Source: a virus
Taxonomy: Duplodnaviria > Caudoviricetes
Direction: 5' to 3' (one strand)
Virus record (IMG/VR): IMGVR_UViG_3300032235_000724
Span: 1 to 55,845 of that record
DNA: 55,845 bases
In this document: one piece after another, positions 10,196 to 19,767 of the stretch
Position numbering within the stretch: position 1 is the stretch's first letter
Layout of the letters: every line of letters begins with the position of its first letter
Program-made: the position numbers and the translations under genes
The notes under the pieces: generated by a model
Database searches by the model: none
The model's input: the letters and a program-made list of their open reading frames with translations, nothing else
Told to the model about the DNA's origin: nothing

Positions 10196-13100
10196 GCGCA
10201 GACAGTTATGTAAAGCCACATATAGTACAAAGACTATTATCGACAACGGCAGATGTTATCGCAAATAAAATAATGACCAATCCCGCACTCGGGATTAGCC
10301 TACCTTCAAATAATAGCTTACTGTATCCAAGTAGAAGACAGAATACCGCAGCCCTACCAGTTATCGCCGCTGAGAATTTAAGCAAAGAAGAAGCGCAGAC
10401 GATGCTACATCGTCAGCATGATCTATTGTCCTCGACAATTGTGCCAGATGGCGAGTCAGCAAAAGAGATATTTGCAGACAATACCACAAATGAATCAAAG
10501 AATTTTAAATACACTCTTGGACATAATATTATATTACCAATTCGTAGAGATGTACTTAATGATAATAGCCCAGTCGATCTTTATTATTTTAATATAGATA
10601 GAGCAAATAGAGAAGTGAATATTTCGGGCGACGGTAAGTTTTTTATTAATAAAATAGCAATAAAAAATAAATCAAAAGATGCTTTTACGGCCCGCTCGAA
10701 TTATCAGGTAACAATAAGTTTAGCATTTAAATTCTTTGAGGATCTAACAAGAGATAATATAACTCTTTATAAAGTTGGCGATCCAAATAGTACAATTACA
10801 TTGCCGTTGTTATCAATAATTTATAGATATTTTAAAATACCTGGAAATCCAAATCCAACAACAGACGTATTTAGAGATAGAAGAGACCCAGAGGGAATAT
10901 ATTTAAATCAGGTTCTTAAGTTTGAAAATTTGGTGAATGATAACACTTTTGAACACACCAGACAAACATTAGCAGATGAACTGCATAGAACATTTCATTT
11001 AACTTATTATAAACATGAATTTAGTGTTTTTAGAAGCGAAGATCCCCTTTTAAAAGAATTTGAAAATGAATTAACGATCGACTTTGTTTCGTATGAAGCA
11101 GATTTAGTTACAGATTTAGAAAAAAAGAAAAAAGAAAATGTTCCAACATTGCTTCAGAATTTATATACACTGCTGCTAGATGTAAAGGCTGGGTCAAGCG
11201 CGGAGTATCTAACTGTGAATGCTTATGGTTATAATACAGATTTCAAAAGCTTTTCTGGTGATTTAAAAAGCGCATATAATCTTATAGAAGCTTTAAAAAA
11301 TGGTTTAGCTGTATTGCGTAGACAATTAAGTTGTAAAATAATATACGATAAAAAAAGCGCATCAAGCGATCAAAGAGAAAGAAAGGAGGCAAACGATTAC
11401 GCTGCATATAGATATATCGACCCAGACGAAGTAAAGGAGAAAATAAAAAATACAAGGGAGGCAATGTTAACCGCAAAGTACGAAATACAAAGACATCTTG
11501 TTAACTCCATATTAGCGCTTACAACTGTATATGAGTTAGAGACAACCTACGACGTACTTGATGATTATGTTACTGTTGAGTTTTGGAATGACTTTACTGA
11601 AAAATTTTCAATTGGCACAGCAGTTACAACAACGCTCATGGGCGCTCAAGCGGGAGGCACTTATGCTACTTTTGCTGGTGGCACAGCTGCAGGTGCTGTT
11701 GTTGGTGGCGCAGTTGGGTTAACCGGTTATGCGGCTACAGTTGCTTATGATGCGTTGCAAGGACATTATACCTCCGTAAAAAGAACAGAAGCAGAAATAC
11801 AATCCATAAGAAATAGAATACTTGGGGCTGGGACAATTAAAAAACTAGGTACAAGTGACCTAGTACATTTAATAGAAATAGGAAATGCAATAGCTGGCGG
11901 AACGATTAATAATATTATAGATGGTAATGGAAATATTACTTCGCAAACTATAAAAAATGCAAGTGGTTGGCAAAAATTTAATCTCTTTACGGGCTTAGGT
12001 GGAATGGCAGCAAACCAGATTATATGGACAGCAGACCAGGTTAAGGCATACTTTAGAGGCTTTCAAGCAAAGACAGGACTAGAGAGAAAAACACTTGAGT
12101 CGGTTGGGCTAATAGAAACAGTTAAAGCAGACGATATCGCGCAAACATTTGATACAATAATAAAAGTTCCGTTTATTTTATTTGGTGATATCATAAAAAT
12201 GCTAAATATAGCAGACCCAGACAGCATGATGCTTATTGGCGGAAAATTGATAGATAATTTTACAGTATCCAAAGAATATTCATATGTTAATTATTTTACA
12301 TATCCAATAAGCCTAACGATGTATCTTAAGTTTTTAAAAGATTTTATTTTAGAGCCTGATCGGGATTTAAGATATAATACGGAGGTTTTTCTAAAAGACG
12401 CTTTTGAGAATCTGTTAAAAAAAACTGTTATGTCTAGCGAGAATTCTATTCTTCAAATGTATAAAAATTATGTACCAACGCGCCTAGAGATGTCGGTTAC
12501 CGTTCATCAAGAAGATAATAATTTTAATACGCTTTTTAATGCTATCCGCGGTAATTTTGTACCAGTATCGGACCCTGATTACTTTAAAGAAATAAAAACT
12601 CGCCTAGGTAGATCTAGGAATATTAATTTCACGCAACCAATGAATAGACTAAAAAAAGTATATGTCCTCGCATCAGACGAAGATTTAAAAAAATATAATT
12701 TCTATGAAGAATATAAAAAATGGGTTGCGACGGAAAATACTAAAAGAGTTGCAAACAGTTTACCTACGCTCTCTAGTACAAATTTTTGTTCCCTTGGATT
12801 CCAAGAATATATTAACTCAGAACATTGGATACCATGCTCCTTAATACGCAATACATCGCTTTATGAAACAATAGTAAAGAAAAAAAACATGAGTTTCAAG
12901 CGCATGGATAATCCAAACCTAACAACAGGAAACATAATAGATAATGCATCGTTTATGAGACTCCCTTATCAATTTAGTGGAGATTTTCAAGCATATATGT
13001 CATTTTTTCTTGATACAGGTGGTTTGATGTTCGTTAGTCCTCCTGCAACCAAAGAAGGCGCAACAAATAATCAATTTGGATTTTCCGGTCTTTATGTTGT

Positions 13101-13338
13101 AAAATCTTCTAACTTTGAATATAGCTTCCAAAAACTTGTTACAAATAACATAACTCTACCAAATGAACAAGCGACGTATAATATTGAAGCCTATATGGTG
13201 AGTTATGGCGACGCGATGACGCTAGAGAAAGAGAATAGAGATAAAAGTTCTGACTGTACAGATCCACTACTTGCCAGCACAGACCCAGTAAGCTTACAGC
13301 GGCTAGATATAGCCAGGGGAGCCGTTAGAATTTGGTAA
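10192..13338 (+). CDS. Large virion protein, probable baseplate hub
   Basis: 1048 aa after LysM gene; C-terminal FGFSGLYVV motif typical of hub proteins; internal Gly-rich hydrophobic stretch. Confidence 0.55.
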   Translation: MSADSYVKPHIVQRLLSTTADVIANKIMTNPALGISLPSNNSLLYPSRRQNTAALPVIAAENLSKEEAQTMLHRQHDLLSSTIVPDGESAKEIFADNTTNESKNFKYTLGHNIILPIRRDVLNDNSPVDLYYFNIDRANREVNISGDGKFFINKIAIKNKSKDAFTARSNYQVTISLAFKFFEDLTRDNITLYKVGDPNSTITLPLLSIIYRYFKIPGNPNPTTDVFRDRRDPEGIYLNQVLKFENLVNDNTFEHTRQTLADELHRTFHLTYYKHEFSVFRSEDPLLKEFENELTIDFVSYEADLVTDLEKKKKENVPTLLQNLYTLLLDVKAGSSAEYLTVNAYGYNTDFKSFSGDLKSAYNLIEALKNGLAVLRRQLSCKIIYDKKSASSDQRERKEANDYAAYRYIDPDEVKEKIKNTREAMLTAKYEIQRHLVNSILALTTVYELETTYDVLDDYVTVEFWNDFTEKFSIGTAVTTTLMGAQAGGTYATFAGGTAAGAVVGGAVGLTGYAATVAYDALQGHYTSVKRTEAEIQSIRNRILGAGTIKKLGTSDLVHLIEIGNAIAGGTINNIIDGNGNITSQTIKNASGWQKFNLFTGLGGMAANQIIWTADQVKAYFRGFQAKTGLERKTLESVGLIETVKADDIAQTFDTIIKVPFILFGDIIKMLNIADPDSMMLIGGKLIDNFTVSKEYSYVNYFTYPISLTMYLKFLKDFILEPDRDLRYNTEVFLKDAFENLLKKTVMSSENSILQMYKNYVPTRLEMSVTVHQEDNNFNTLFNAIRGNFVPVSDPDYFKEIKTRLGRSRNINFTQPMNRLKKVYVLASDEDLKKYNFYEEYKKWVATENTKRVANSLPTLSSTNFCSLGFQEYINSEHWIPCSLIRNTSLYETIVKKKNMSFKRMDNPNLTTGNIIDNASFMRLPYQFSGDFQAYMSFFLDTGGLMFVSPPATKEGATNNQFGFSGLYVVKSSNFEYSFQKLVTNNITLPNEQATYNIEAYMVSYGDAMTLEKENRDKSSDCTDPLLASTDPVSLQRLDIARGAVRIW

Positions 13339-13344
13339 AATACA

Positions 13345-14604
13345 ATGAATAACTTTTTAATACCAGACATAATAAAAGGATACGATGCGCTATCGAAATA
13401 TATAGCAAACATGTATTATGATAATGTAACTTTTAATAAAGAATTCTTTCCATATTACATTGATACATGGAAAGAAAAAAATTGGTATGGCCTTCTTAAT
13501 GATGGCGGCGAATACATTTTTCCAAAAGATGGCGCACTTGGTAATTACACAAAAGACAATGGCACAAAACAAAAAAATATATTTTTCGTCCTAGAAGCAT
13601 TTACAGATTTAAAAAAATATCACGATGAATTAATCCAAACAAATCGATTTGATAAATCCTCTTCATTGTTTATTAAGTTAAATCCAACAAGCGGTTATAT
13701 CGATCCAACAGATTTATATATAGAATATGTAAAAAAAATAAGTACAATATTTATAGAAAATTATGCAAAAAATGCATATGCTAATAAAGTAAAAACAATA
13801 GATATTTTCCTAGAAGCTGTAATAAAATTTGTTGAACTTGTTGCTCCAAATAGTCCAATAACTCGCAGTGGATTCCTAAAGGATCGCAAATGTCCAATAG
13901 AGGCAAACGGGTTGACTATTTCACTCGATGAACCGCAATTCAGTGCTAACATAGAAAAAAAGATAGCAACGTACCTAAATGATCCAAACTTTAATAGTTT
14001 TGTCGATAGTGCAAAACGATTTGGTTTCTATGTTGACAAAAATATTCCATGGCGTATAATGGCGGATCTAGAATCCCCTGTAATGAAATCTTATTATACT
14101 AAATATAATCTTATTGGCACTAAAGATATTTTCGATAAGCTTTATTTTAAAGCTCATCTATATGATTTAGATATTATTAAAAAAATACTTCTTGGTATGT
14201 GGAATGTATTTGTAGCTGATCAAGAAATCGATCAGCGTGTAGATTACGTGGGAAGATGTAATGACTTATATACAAATACAACAACTAGAAATCAAATGAA
14301 TCTTGGAATGCTGGAACGACACCTTGGTAACGCTTGGTTTTTAAGGTTTTATCTTTTTATAAAAGTAAAAGAAAACAATATCATACTTTCACAAAGTAAG
14401 TTTGAAGCTATCCATAAAAAAGCTTGTATGTTATTTGATAATCTCTCTGAGATGCACAGTGTTGATTTTATTAATTCACAGGTTTTAAATCTTCTAAAAA
14501 AGTTAGGAGAGAACAAACAGATGCAGTTGACAACACCAGGAAGACAGGATACAGTTACTCGTCTAAACAACAGAGAAATAATAACTGATACTATTATTTT
14601 TTAG
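13345..14604 (+). CDS. Hypothetical protein (likely virion-associated)
   Basis: Long ORF ending the structural module, same AT-rich codon style; FGFYVDKNIPWRIMADLES motif. Confidence 0.6.
   Translation: MNNFLIPDIIKGYDALSKYIANMYYDNVTFNKEFFPYYIDTWKEKNWYGLLNDGGEYIFPKDGALGNYTKDNGTKQKNIFFVLEAFTDLKKYHDELIQTNRFDKSSSLFIKLNPTSGYIDPTDLYIEYVKKISTIFIENYAKNAYANKVKTIDIFLEAVIKFVELVAPNSPITRSGFLKDRKCPIEANGLTISLDEPQFSANIEKKIATYLNDPNFNSFVDSAKRFGFYVDKNIPWRIMADLESPVMKSYYTKYNLIGTKDIFDKLYFKAHLYDLDIIKKILLGMWNVFVADQEIDQRVDYVGRCNDLYTNTTTRNQMNLGMLERHLGNAWFLRFYLFIKVKENNIILSQSKFEAIHKKACMLFDNLSEMHSVDFINSQVLNLLKKLGENKQMQLTTPGRQDTVTRLNNREIITDTIIF
14527..14555 (+). promoter_or_regulatory. Sigma70-type promoter for the replication module
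   Basis: TTGACA-N17-TACAGT upstream of polA-like gene; same hexamers as at 16640. Confidence 0.7.
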
Positions 14605-14612
14605 AGGCAAAC

Positions 14613-15821
14613 ATGCTTTTTCAGGTTCTTGATGATAAGGGCGAGTGCATCGGTATCTACAAAGACGGCGAACTGTACTTTAGCGAGGCACCCGAAGGTT
14701 TACATAAGACTTGGAACTACTCGTCGGCACTTAGCGGACTTGATATCAAGTATGCAAGTATTTATGCTGGTGGTCGGAGTCTTGAAGAAGTTTGTCCACA
14801 GGAACTAAAGCGCGAATACGAGCGTGTTTCGCTTCGCGTCAAGGCGCATGTTGCAGCGTTCAAAACTGCTAAACTAAATCCAAAAGAAAACTGCATCTAT
14901 GACCTTATTCCTCACAAGACTTTAAAAGAGTACTGTGAGCTTAAAAATAGGATCTGCGAGCATGTCTTTTCTACATATGCTGAACCAAAAGAGTATAATC
15001 ATTTTAGAGACTTCGGCCAGTTTATTGGCGACATCGGTACGCGGAACCTTAAACTTAATCGGACATGGCTTAGCGGTAAGTTGTACGATATTCAAGCCCA
15101 GAAACTCTGGGAAAAAATAAACAGCAACACGCCACATATCAAGTATAACCAGTTTGGTAGCGTAACTGGACGGCTTACTGTTAGCGAAGATAGTTTCCCC
15201 ATTTTAAATCTAAATAAGAAACTTCGCGAAGTTGTCGAACCACATAACGATTGGTTTGTAGAGTTTGACCTCAACGCTGCGGAACTTCGTACAGCAATGG
15301 CCCTATTAGGCAAATCGCAGCCCGCTGGCGATCTCCACGAATGGAGTGCGGAGAATATCTTCCGTGGCGAACTAAACCGCTCAGAAGCCAAGGAAACCGC
15401 CACCAGTTGGCTTTATAATAGCACAAGCAAGAATGCACTAAAGTATGATAGCGAACTAAATGCGTTCTATAATAAGCCTGCCCTACTTGCTATGTATCAT
15501 GTCGACGGCAAGGTGCATACGCCATTTGGACGGGAGATTGAGTGCGATACGTACCACGCGATTTCATATCTAAATCAAAGCACCCTTATTGATCTATTCC
15601 ACCGGCAGATCCTGCAAGCCAATAAACTATTAGATGGCAGAAAAAGCTTTATTCCTTTTCTTGTCCATGATAGCGTTGTTCTGGATCTTTCAGAAAGCGA
15701 AAAGGGTATGCTACCGGATCTTATCCGCACACTATCGGATACAAAGTGGGGAACATTTCCTGTAAATGTAAAGATTGGCCGTAACTACGGCGATATGAAA
15801 AAAATTAAAATAAAGGTATAG
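14613..15821 (+). CDS. Compact family A DNA polymerase-like protein (no recognisable exonuclease domain)
   Basis: GSVTGRL; motif A FDLNAAELR; motif B RSEAKETATSWLY; TPFGR; motif C VHDS. Confidence 0.8.
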   Translation: MLFQVLDDKGECIGIYKDGELYFSEAPEGLHKTWNYSSALSGLDIKYASIYAGGRSLEEVCPQELKREYERVSLRVKAHVAAFKTAKLNPKENCIYDLIPHKTLKEYCELKNRICEHVFSTYAEPKEYNHFRDFGQFIGDIGTRNLKLNRTWLSGKLYDIQAQKLWEKINSNTPHIKYNQFGSVTGRLTVSEDSFPILNLNKKLREVVEPHNDWFVEFDLNAAELRTAMALLGKSQPAGDLHEWSAENIFRGELNRSEAKETATSWLYNSTSKNALKYDSELNAFYNKPALLAMYHVDGKVHTPFGREIECDTYHAISYLNQSTLIDLFHRQILQANKLLDGRKSFIPFLVHDSVVLDLSESEKGMLPDLIRTLSDTKWGTFPVNVKIGRNYGDMKKIKIKV

Positions 15822-15822
15822 C

Positions 15823-16653
15823 ATGGATACGGTTATTGGATTAGGAAACGCTGGCTGCGCCATAGTAGATCTGTTCAAACAAAAATATAACGACATGTAT
15901 AATGTCTATAAGATTGATGTTGACTGCGAGGACGGGTTTGCACTACAGTATCAACCTTCACCGGAGGCATACGAGGCAAACTGCCCAGATCTACGGGGAT
16001 ATCTAAAGGACATTGACGACGATATCCTATTTGTTGTAGGTGGCGGCGGACAAGTTAGCGGCGCGTCACTACGCATACTCCACCAGATAAAAGATAAGAA
16101 TATAAATATTCTTTATATCTGCCCCGAAACTGACCAAATAGGCCAAAAGGCTCTTTTACAACACCGCCTTGCTTTTAATGTATTTCAAGAATATGCTTTT
16201 TCTGGACTATTCCGCAGGCTTTTTCTTGTGCATAACAAAAACTTAGCAAATATAATAGGCGATGTGCCTATTTTTGAGTATAATAACCGCATAAATAACC
16301 TACTTGTAGATTCCGTCCATTACCACAATATCTATAACAATGTAAGAGCGGTAATGAGTACACTTGGGAAACTAAAAGATAATAATAGAGTATGCACTTT
16401 TGGACTCTATGATAGCGAAAATAATAGCGAATCCGTGTTTTTTGACATGCAAAATATAGACGAAAAACGGTATCATTTTTTCGTAAATAACGAAGTCCTG
16501 AAGACGGACGCGAAACTATATAAGAATATAAAGGAGACTATAAGCCGCCAAGAAATCCGTTCCTCATACCAAATATTAACAACCCAGCATCCGCAAAGTT
16601 TTTGCTACATCGAAGGTTACACAAACCAAAATCAAGCACTTGACAGCAACTAA
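15823..16653 (+). CDS. Divergent tubulin/FtsZ-like protein
   Basis: N-terminal VIGLGNAGCAIVD; degenerate signature GGGGQVSG; LVHN motif. Confidence 0.75.
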   Translation: MDTVIGLGNAGCAIVDLFKQKYNDMYNVYKIDVDCEDGFALQYQPSPEAYEANCPDLRGYLKDIDDDILFVVGGGGQVSGASLRILHQIKDKNINILYICPETDQIGQKALLQHRLAFNVFQEYAFSGLFRRLFLVHNKNLANIIGDVPIFEYNNRINNLLVDSVHYHNIYNNVRAVMSTLGKLKDNNRVCTFGLYDSENNSESVFFDMQNIDEKRYHFFVNNEVLKTDAKLYKNIKETISRQEIRSSYQILTTQHPQSFCYIEGYTNQNQALDSN

Positions 16654-16668
16654 GACTTGGGTTACAGT
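16640..16668 (+). promoter_or_regulatory. Sigma70-type promoter
   Basis: TTGACA-N17-TACAGT followed by AAGGAGG RBS. Confidence 0.72.
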
Positions 16669-16688
16669 ACGGTTCATAAGGAGGTAAC

Positions 16689-16925
16689 ATGAAGGCTTAT
16701 CAAGGTACGTTCGTGAAGAAGACTGGTGAACGGCGCACGATGCGATTCGTAAAGTTGTCTGACCTACCTGCTGATTTTCTATCGGGTAAGGTTAAGGGCG
16801 TCGAAAAGCATAATCTCCCTGCGGGTAGCGAACTTGTATGGGATATTGATGCGCAAGAATTCAGAATCTTCAATAATAATACGGTAGTTGACACACCCAG
16901 AGAGTTCGAGTATACTCTCTCATAA
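16689..16925 (+). CDS. Small SH3/WYL-like protein
   Basis: FVKKTGERRTM and VWDIDAQEFRIF resemble phage WYL-like (DUF2693-type) proteins. Confidence 0.55.
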   Translation: MKAYQGTFVKKTGERRTMRFVKLSDLPADFLSGKVKGVEKHNLPAGSELVWDIDAQEFRIFNNNTVVDTPREFEYTLS

Positions 16926-16973
16926 CAAGTCGGCAGGAGATTAACTGACTGACTAACACAAAGGAGCAAGACC

Positions 16974-17726
16974 ATGGCGATTGATATCAAGAAGATGAAG
17001 GCGAAGCTAGCGGCACTACAAAACAAGGGCGGTGGTAAGACCAACTTCTTCAAGCCCGAAGAAGGCAAGAAGTACGGTATTCGTGTAGTAGGTACAGCTG
17101 ACGGTGATCCATTCAAGGAGTTTTGGTTCCACTACGAAATCGGAAAGAACAGTATTCTTTGTCCAAAGAAGAACTTCCAAGAAGAGTGTGCAATCTGTAA
17201 CTTTGCGAGCAAGCTATACAAGGAAAACACCGAAGACAGTGCCAAGATGGCTAAGAAGTTTCTTGCTCGTCAACGCTTCTTCTCACCAATCGTAGTTCGC
17301 GGTGAAGAGAAGGACGGCGTCAAGATCTGGGGTTACGGTAAGAATGTCTATCAAGACCTTATCAACCTTGTTCTCAATCCAGACTACGGCGATATCTGTG
17401 ATCCAGAAAGCGGTACTGATCTAAGTCTCCAAACTGGTAAGGCTCCTGGTGCGCAGTTCCCAACCACCAAGCTTACCCCAGCCCGTAATACAAGCCGCCT
17501 ATGCCAAGGCACCACTGAAGAGTGTCATGACCTCATGGAAAGTGTACCAAACTTTGCCGAGATTCATGAGCGCAAGACCAGCGCAGAAGTTTCTGCTGCT
17601 CTTGACGAGTACCTAAACGCCTCATCGACTGATGCGGAAGCCGAATCTGCTTCAACTGAAACCGTAAAGTATGGCGCTAAGCCAACCAACGCGGTTGATG
17701 CTGCTTTCGCTGATCTAATGGGCTAA
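16974..17726 (+). CDS. Single-stranded DNA-binding protein (gp32-like, Zn-binding)
   Basis: H..CPK..CAIC Zn site, KIWGYGK, DYGDICDPESGTDL, acidic tail ending DAAFADLMG. Confidence 0.8.
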   Translation: MAIDIKKMKAKLAALQNKGGGKTNFFKPEEGKKYGIRVVGTADGDPFKEFWFHYEIGKNSILCPKKNFQEECAICNFASKLYKENTEDSAKMAKKFLARQRFFSPIVVRGEEKDGVKIWGYGKNVYQDLINLVLNPDYGDICDPESGTDLSLQTGKAPGAQFPTTKLTPARNTSRLCQGTTEECHDLMESVPNFAEIHERKTSAEVSAALDEYLNASSTDAEAESASTETVKYGAKPTNAVDAAFADLMG

Positions 17727-17743
17727 TATGTTAGGCTAAAAAT

Positions 17744-17784
17744 AGGGCGGCGAGGGTGCTATACTGCCCTCGCCGTTCTTGTTT
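17744..17784 (+). terminator. Terminator hairpin with extended -10 (TGcTATACT) in the loop
   Basis: AGGGCGGCGAGGGT / GCCCTCGCCGTTCT followed by TGTTT. Confidence 0.65.
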
Positions 17785-17805
17785 ATTACACAGGAGAAAC
17801 ACACA

Positions 17806-18747
17806 ATGGCAAAAGCGTTTGATTTAGCAAGTTACAAAAAAACTATCGAAGTAAACAATGTAGAAAAAAAGAAAGATAAATATGTCGTAGTAGACGAATG
17901 CTTACAGGAAGTTATTGGTATTCCAGGTATTCCACTTGGTCACATTACCCAAATCTATGGCAAAAGTGATACGGGCAAGACCTCACTACTATTCCATGCT
18001 GCCGCAAAGGCACAGGAGCAGGGGGTACTACCAGTATTTATTATGACCGAAGGCAAGGTTGACTGGAATCGTGCGGCCAAGATGGGCGTCAATATCGATC
18101 AATGCATTAAAAACGAAGAATGTATGTATCTTGAAGAAGCATTTACCTTTATCGACAAGATTGTCAGCGATGTTTCAATGGGCGAGTTGCCACAAGATGT
18201 GCTTATCCTATGGGATTCGGTAGGTTCATTGCCAAGTAAGGACGAAGTCAAGGAAAGCGACGACGGCACAACTGAAAAGAAAGCCAGCATGATGCGTGCA
18301 GCCAAGGCTATTCGCGAAAATATGCGTATCGTCCAACGAAAGATCAACGCTACCCGTAACTACAGTTATCCTAAGTATGTTGGCCTTATGATCCTTAACC
18401 AAGCATACACCCAGCCACCTTCTTTCGTTGGTGGACATAGCAAGATGGTGCCATATGGCGGCGATGCTATCTGGTACGCAGCCAGCGCAGTGTGGAAGAT
18501 GGTAGGCAAGGGTAAGTTAAGTGCCACCAAGGACGGCAAGAGTTTTGACTTTGGTCTTATCAGCAAGATCAGCGTTGAAAAGAACCATATCAGCGACCTT
18601 GCAATGGAAGGCGAGTTTGTAGTAACGCCCGATGCGTTCCTACCTAATGAAGCGGGTAGTATTAAGAAGTATAAGGATACTCACCGTGAACAATGGGGCG
18701 AGGCAACTATTATGTCTGCCGAAACAGGCGAAGTTTTAGACGACTAA
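17806..18747 (+). CDS. recA: RecA/UvsX-like recombinase
   Basis: Walker A YGKSDTGKT, Walker B ILWDSVGSL, ILNQ, PYGG, KN motifs; start placed at the ATG after AGGAG. Confidence 0.88.
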   Translation: MAKAFDLASYKKTIEVNNVEKKKDKYVVVDECLQEVIGIPGIPLGHITQIYGKSDTGKTSLLFHAAAKAQEQGVLPVFIMTEGKVDWNRAAKMGVNIDQCIKNEECMYLEEAFTFIDKIVSDVSMGELPQDVLILWDSVGSLPSKDEVKESDDGTTEKKASMMRAAKAIRENMRIVQRKINATRNYSYPKYVGLMILNQAYTQPPSFVGGHSKMVPYGGDAIWYAASAVWKMVGKGKLSATKDGKSFDFGLISKISVEKNHISDLAMEGEFVVTPDAFLPNEAGSIKKYKDTHREQWGEATIMSAETGEVLDD

Positions 18748-18754
18748 CCTGCCC

Positions 18755-18809
18755 TTGACAAGCATCAACCGCCAGTGTAGAGTTCTCTCTGCATTGGCGG
18801 TTTTCTTTT
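18755..18809 (+). promoter_or_regulatory. Overlapping sigma70 promoter and terminator
   Basis: TTGACA-N17-TAGAGT; hairpin AACCGCCAGTGTAGAG / CTCTGCATTGGCGGTT plus T-rich tail. Confidence 0.7.
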
Positions 18810-18820
18810 GGAGGTTACCT

Positions 18821-19750
18821 ATGGCGACGGGCTTGATGTGTCAATATCTTTTCCCAAGAAAAAAGAAAGATGGCACTACTATTTATGAAAATATTATCGA
18901 AGAAAAATCACTCCAGTTAGGTCAATACAAGGCAGAAAAATACAGTGAAGAACGCATCCGTGACACGTATCGTCACAATGTTGAAGAACATATTAAAATC
19001 TTTCCTAACCTCCTTAAAAACAACATCCGAAGTTTCCGAATTAGCAGCTCGTTATTCCCACTATTTGAATTTGCTGGAGACATTGCTCGTAATGATCAAG
19101 TACTCATTGGGAAACTTGCAGTACTTGGAAGCCTCTTCCGAGAGAATGGTATAAGGGTCACGACCCACCCAGGTCAGTTTACTGTATTGAGCAGTGATCG
19201 TGACCAAGTTGTAATGAACAGCATTAAGGAACTTGAATACCATGCATGGGTTTTCGACTGCATGGGTCTATCACAAACGCCATACAACGCCATCAATATC
19301 CACGGTGGCAAGGCCGATAGGAGCAGTCGGCTTATACAGGTTATCAAGACGCTACCGCCAAACGTCCGCAACCGTTTGACGCTTGAGAACGACGAGAAAT
19401 GCTATAATGTTAAAAGTCTTCTACAAATTAGCCATGAGTGCGATATTCCTGTCGTCCTTGACAGTCATCATTACAGTTTCGGTTCCGGTGATATTAGTTA
19501 CGATGACGCTTTTACGGAAACGATCAAGACTTGGAAAGATATCAAGCCCCTCCAGCATCTAAGCAATACCGAACCTGGTATGGAGAACGGATCTTTCAAT
19601 GAAAAGCGTACTCATTCAAACTTTATTCACTATATTAATCAGCATCAGCTTGATGCTCTACGCAATGACACGATTGATGTAGACCTTGAAGCAAAGATGA
19701 AAAATATTGCCCTCTTGAAGTTCCGAGAGGACTATGGTATTGTACTCTAA
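18821..19750 (+). CDS. uvsE: UV damage endonuclease
   Basis: FRISSSLFP, HPGQFTVLSS, INIHGG, LTLENDEK, VLDSHH, DVDLEAKMK. Confidence 0.92.
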   Translation: MATGLMCQYLFPRKKKDGTTIYENIIEEKSLQLGQYKAEKYSEERIRDTYRHNVEEHIKIFPNLLKNNIRSFRISSSLFPLFEFAGDIARNDQVLIGKLAVLGSLFRENGIRVTTHPGQFTVLSSDRDQVVMNSIKELEYHAWVFDCMGLSQTPYNAINIHGGKADRSSRLIQVIKTLPPNVRNRLTLENDEKCYNVKSLLQISHECDIPVVLDSHHYSFGSGDISYDDAFTETIKTWKDIKPLQHLSNTEPGMENGSFNEKRTHSNFIHYINQHQLDALRNDTIDVDLEAKMKNIALLKFREDYGIVL

Positions 19751-19767
19751 ATAACTGGGAGGTCCAC

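Noticed and set aside
1-14604. Bacterial contractile injection system (eCIS/tailocin) rather than phage
   Set aside because: Contiguous with a full phage replication module and a dense small-ORF array on the same strand.
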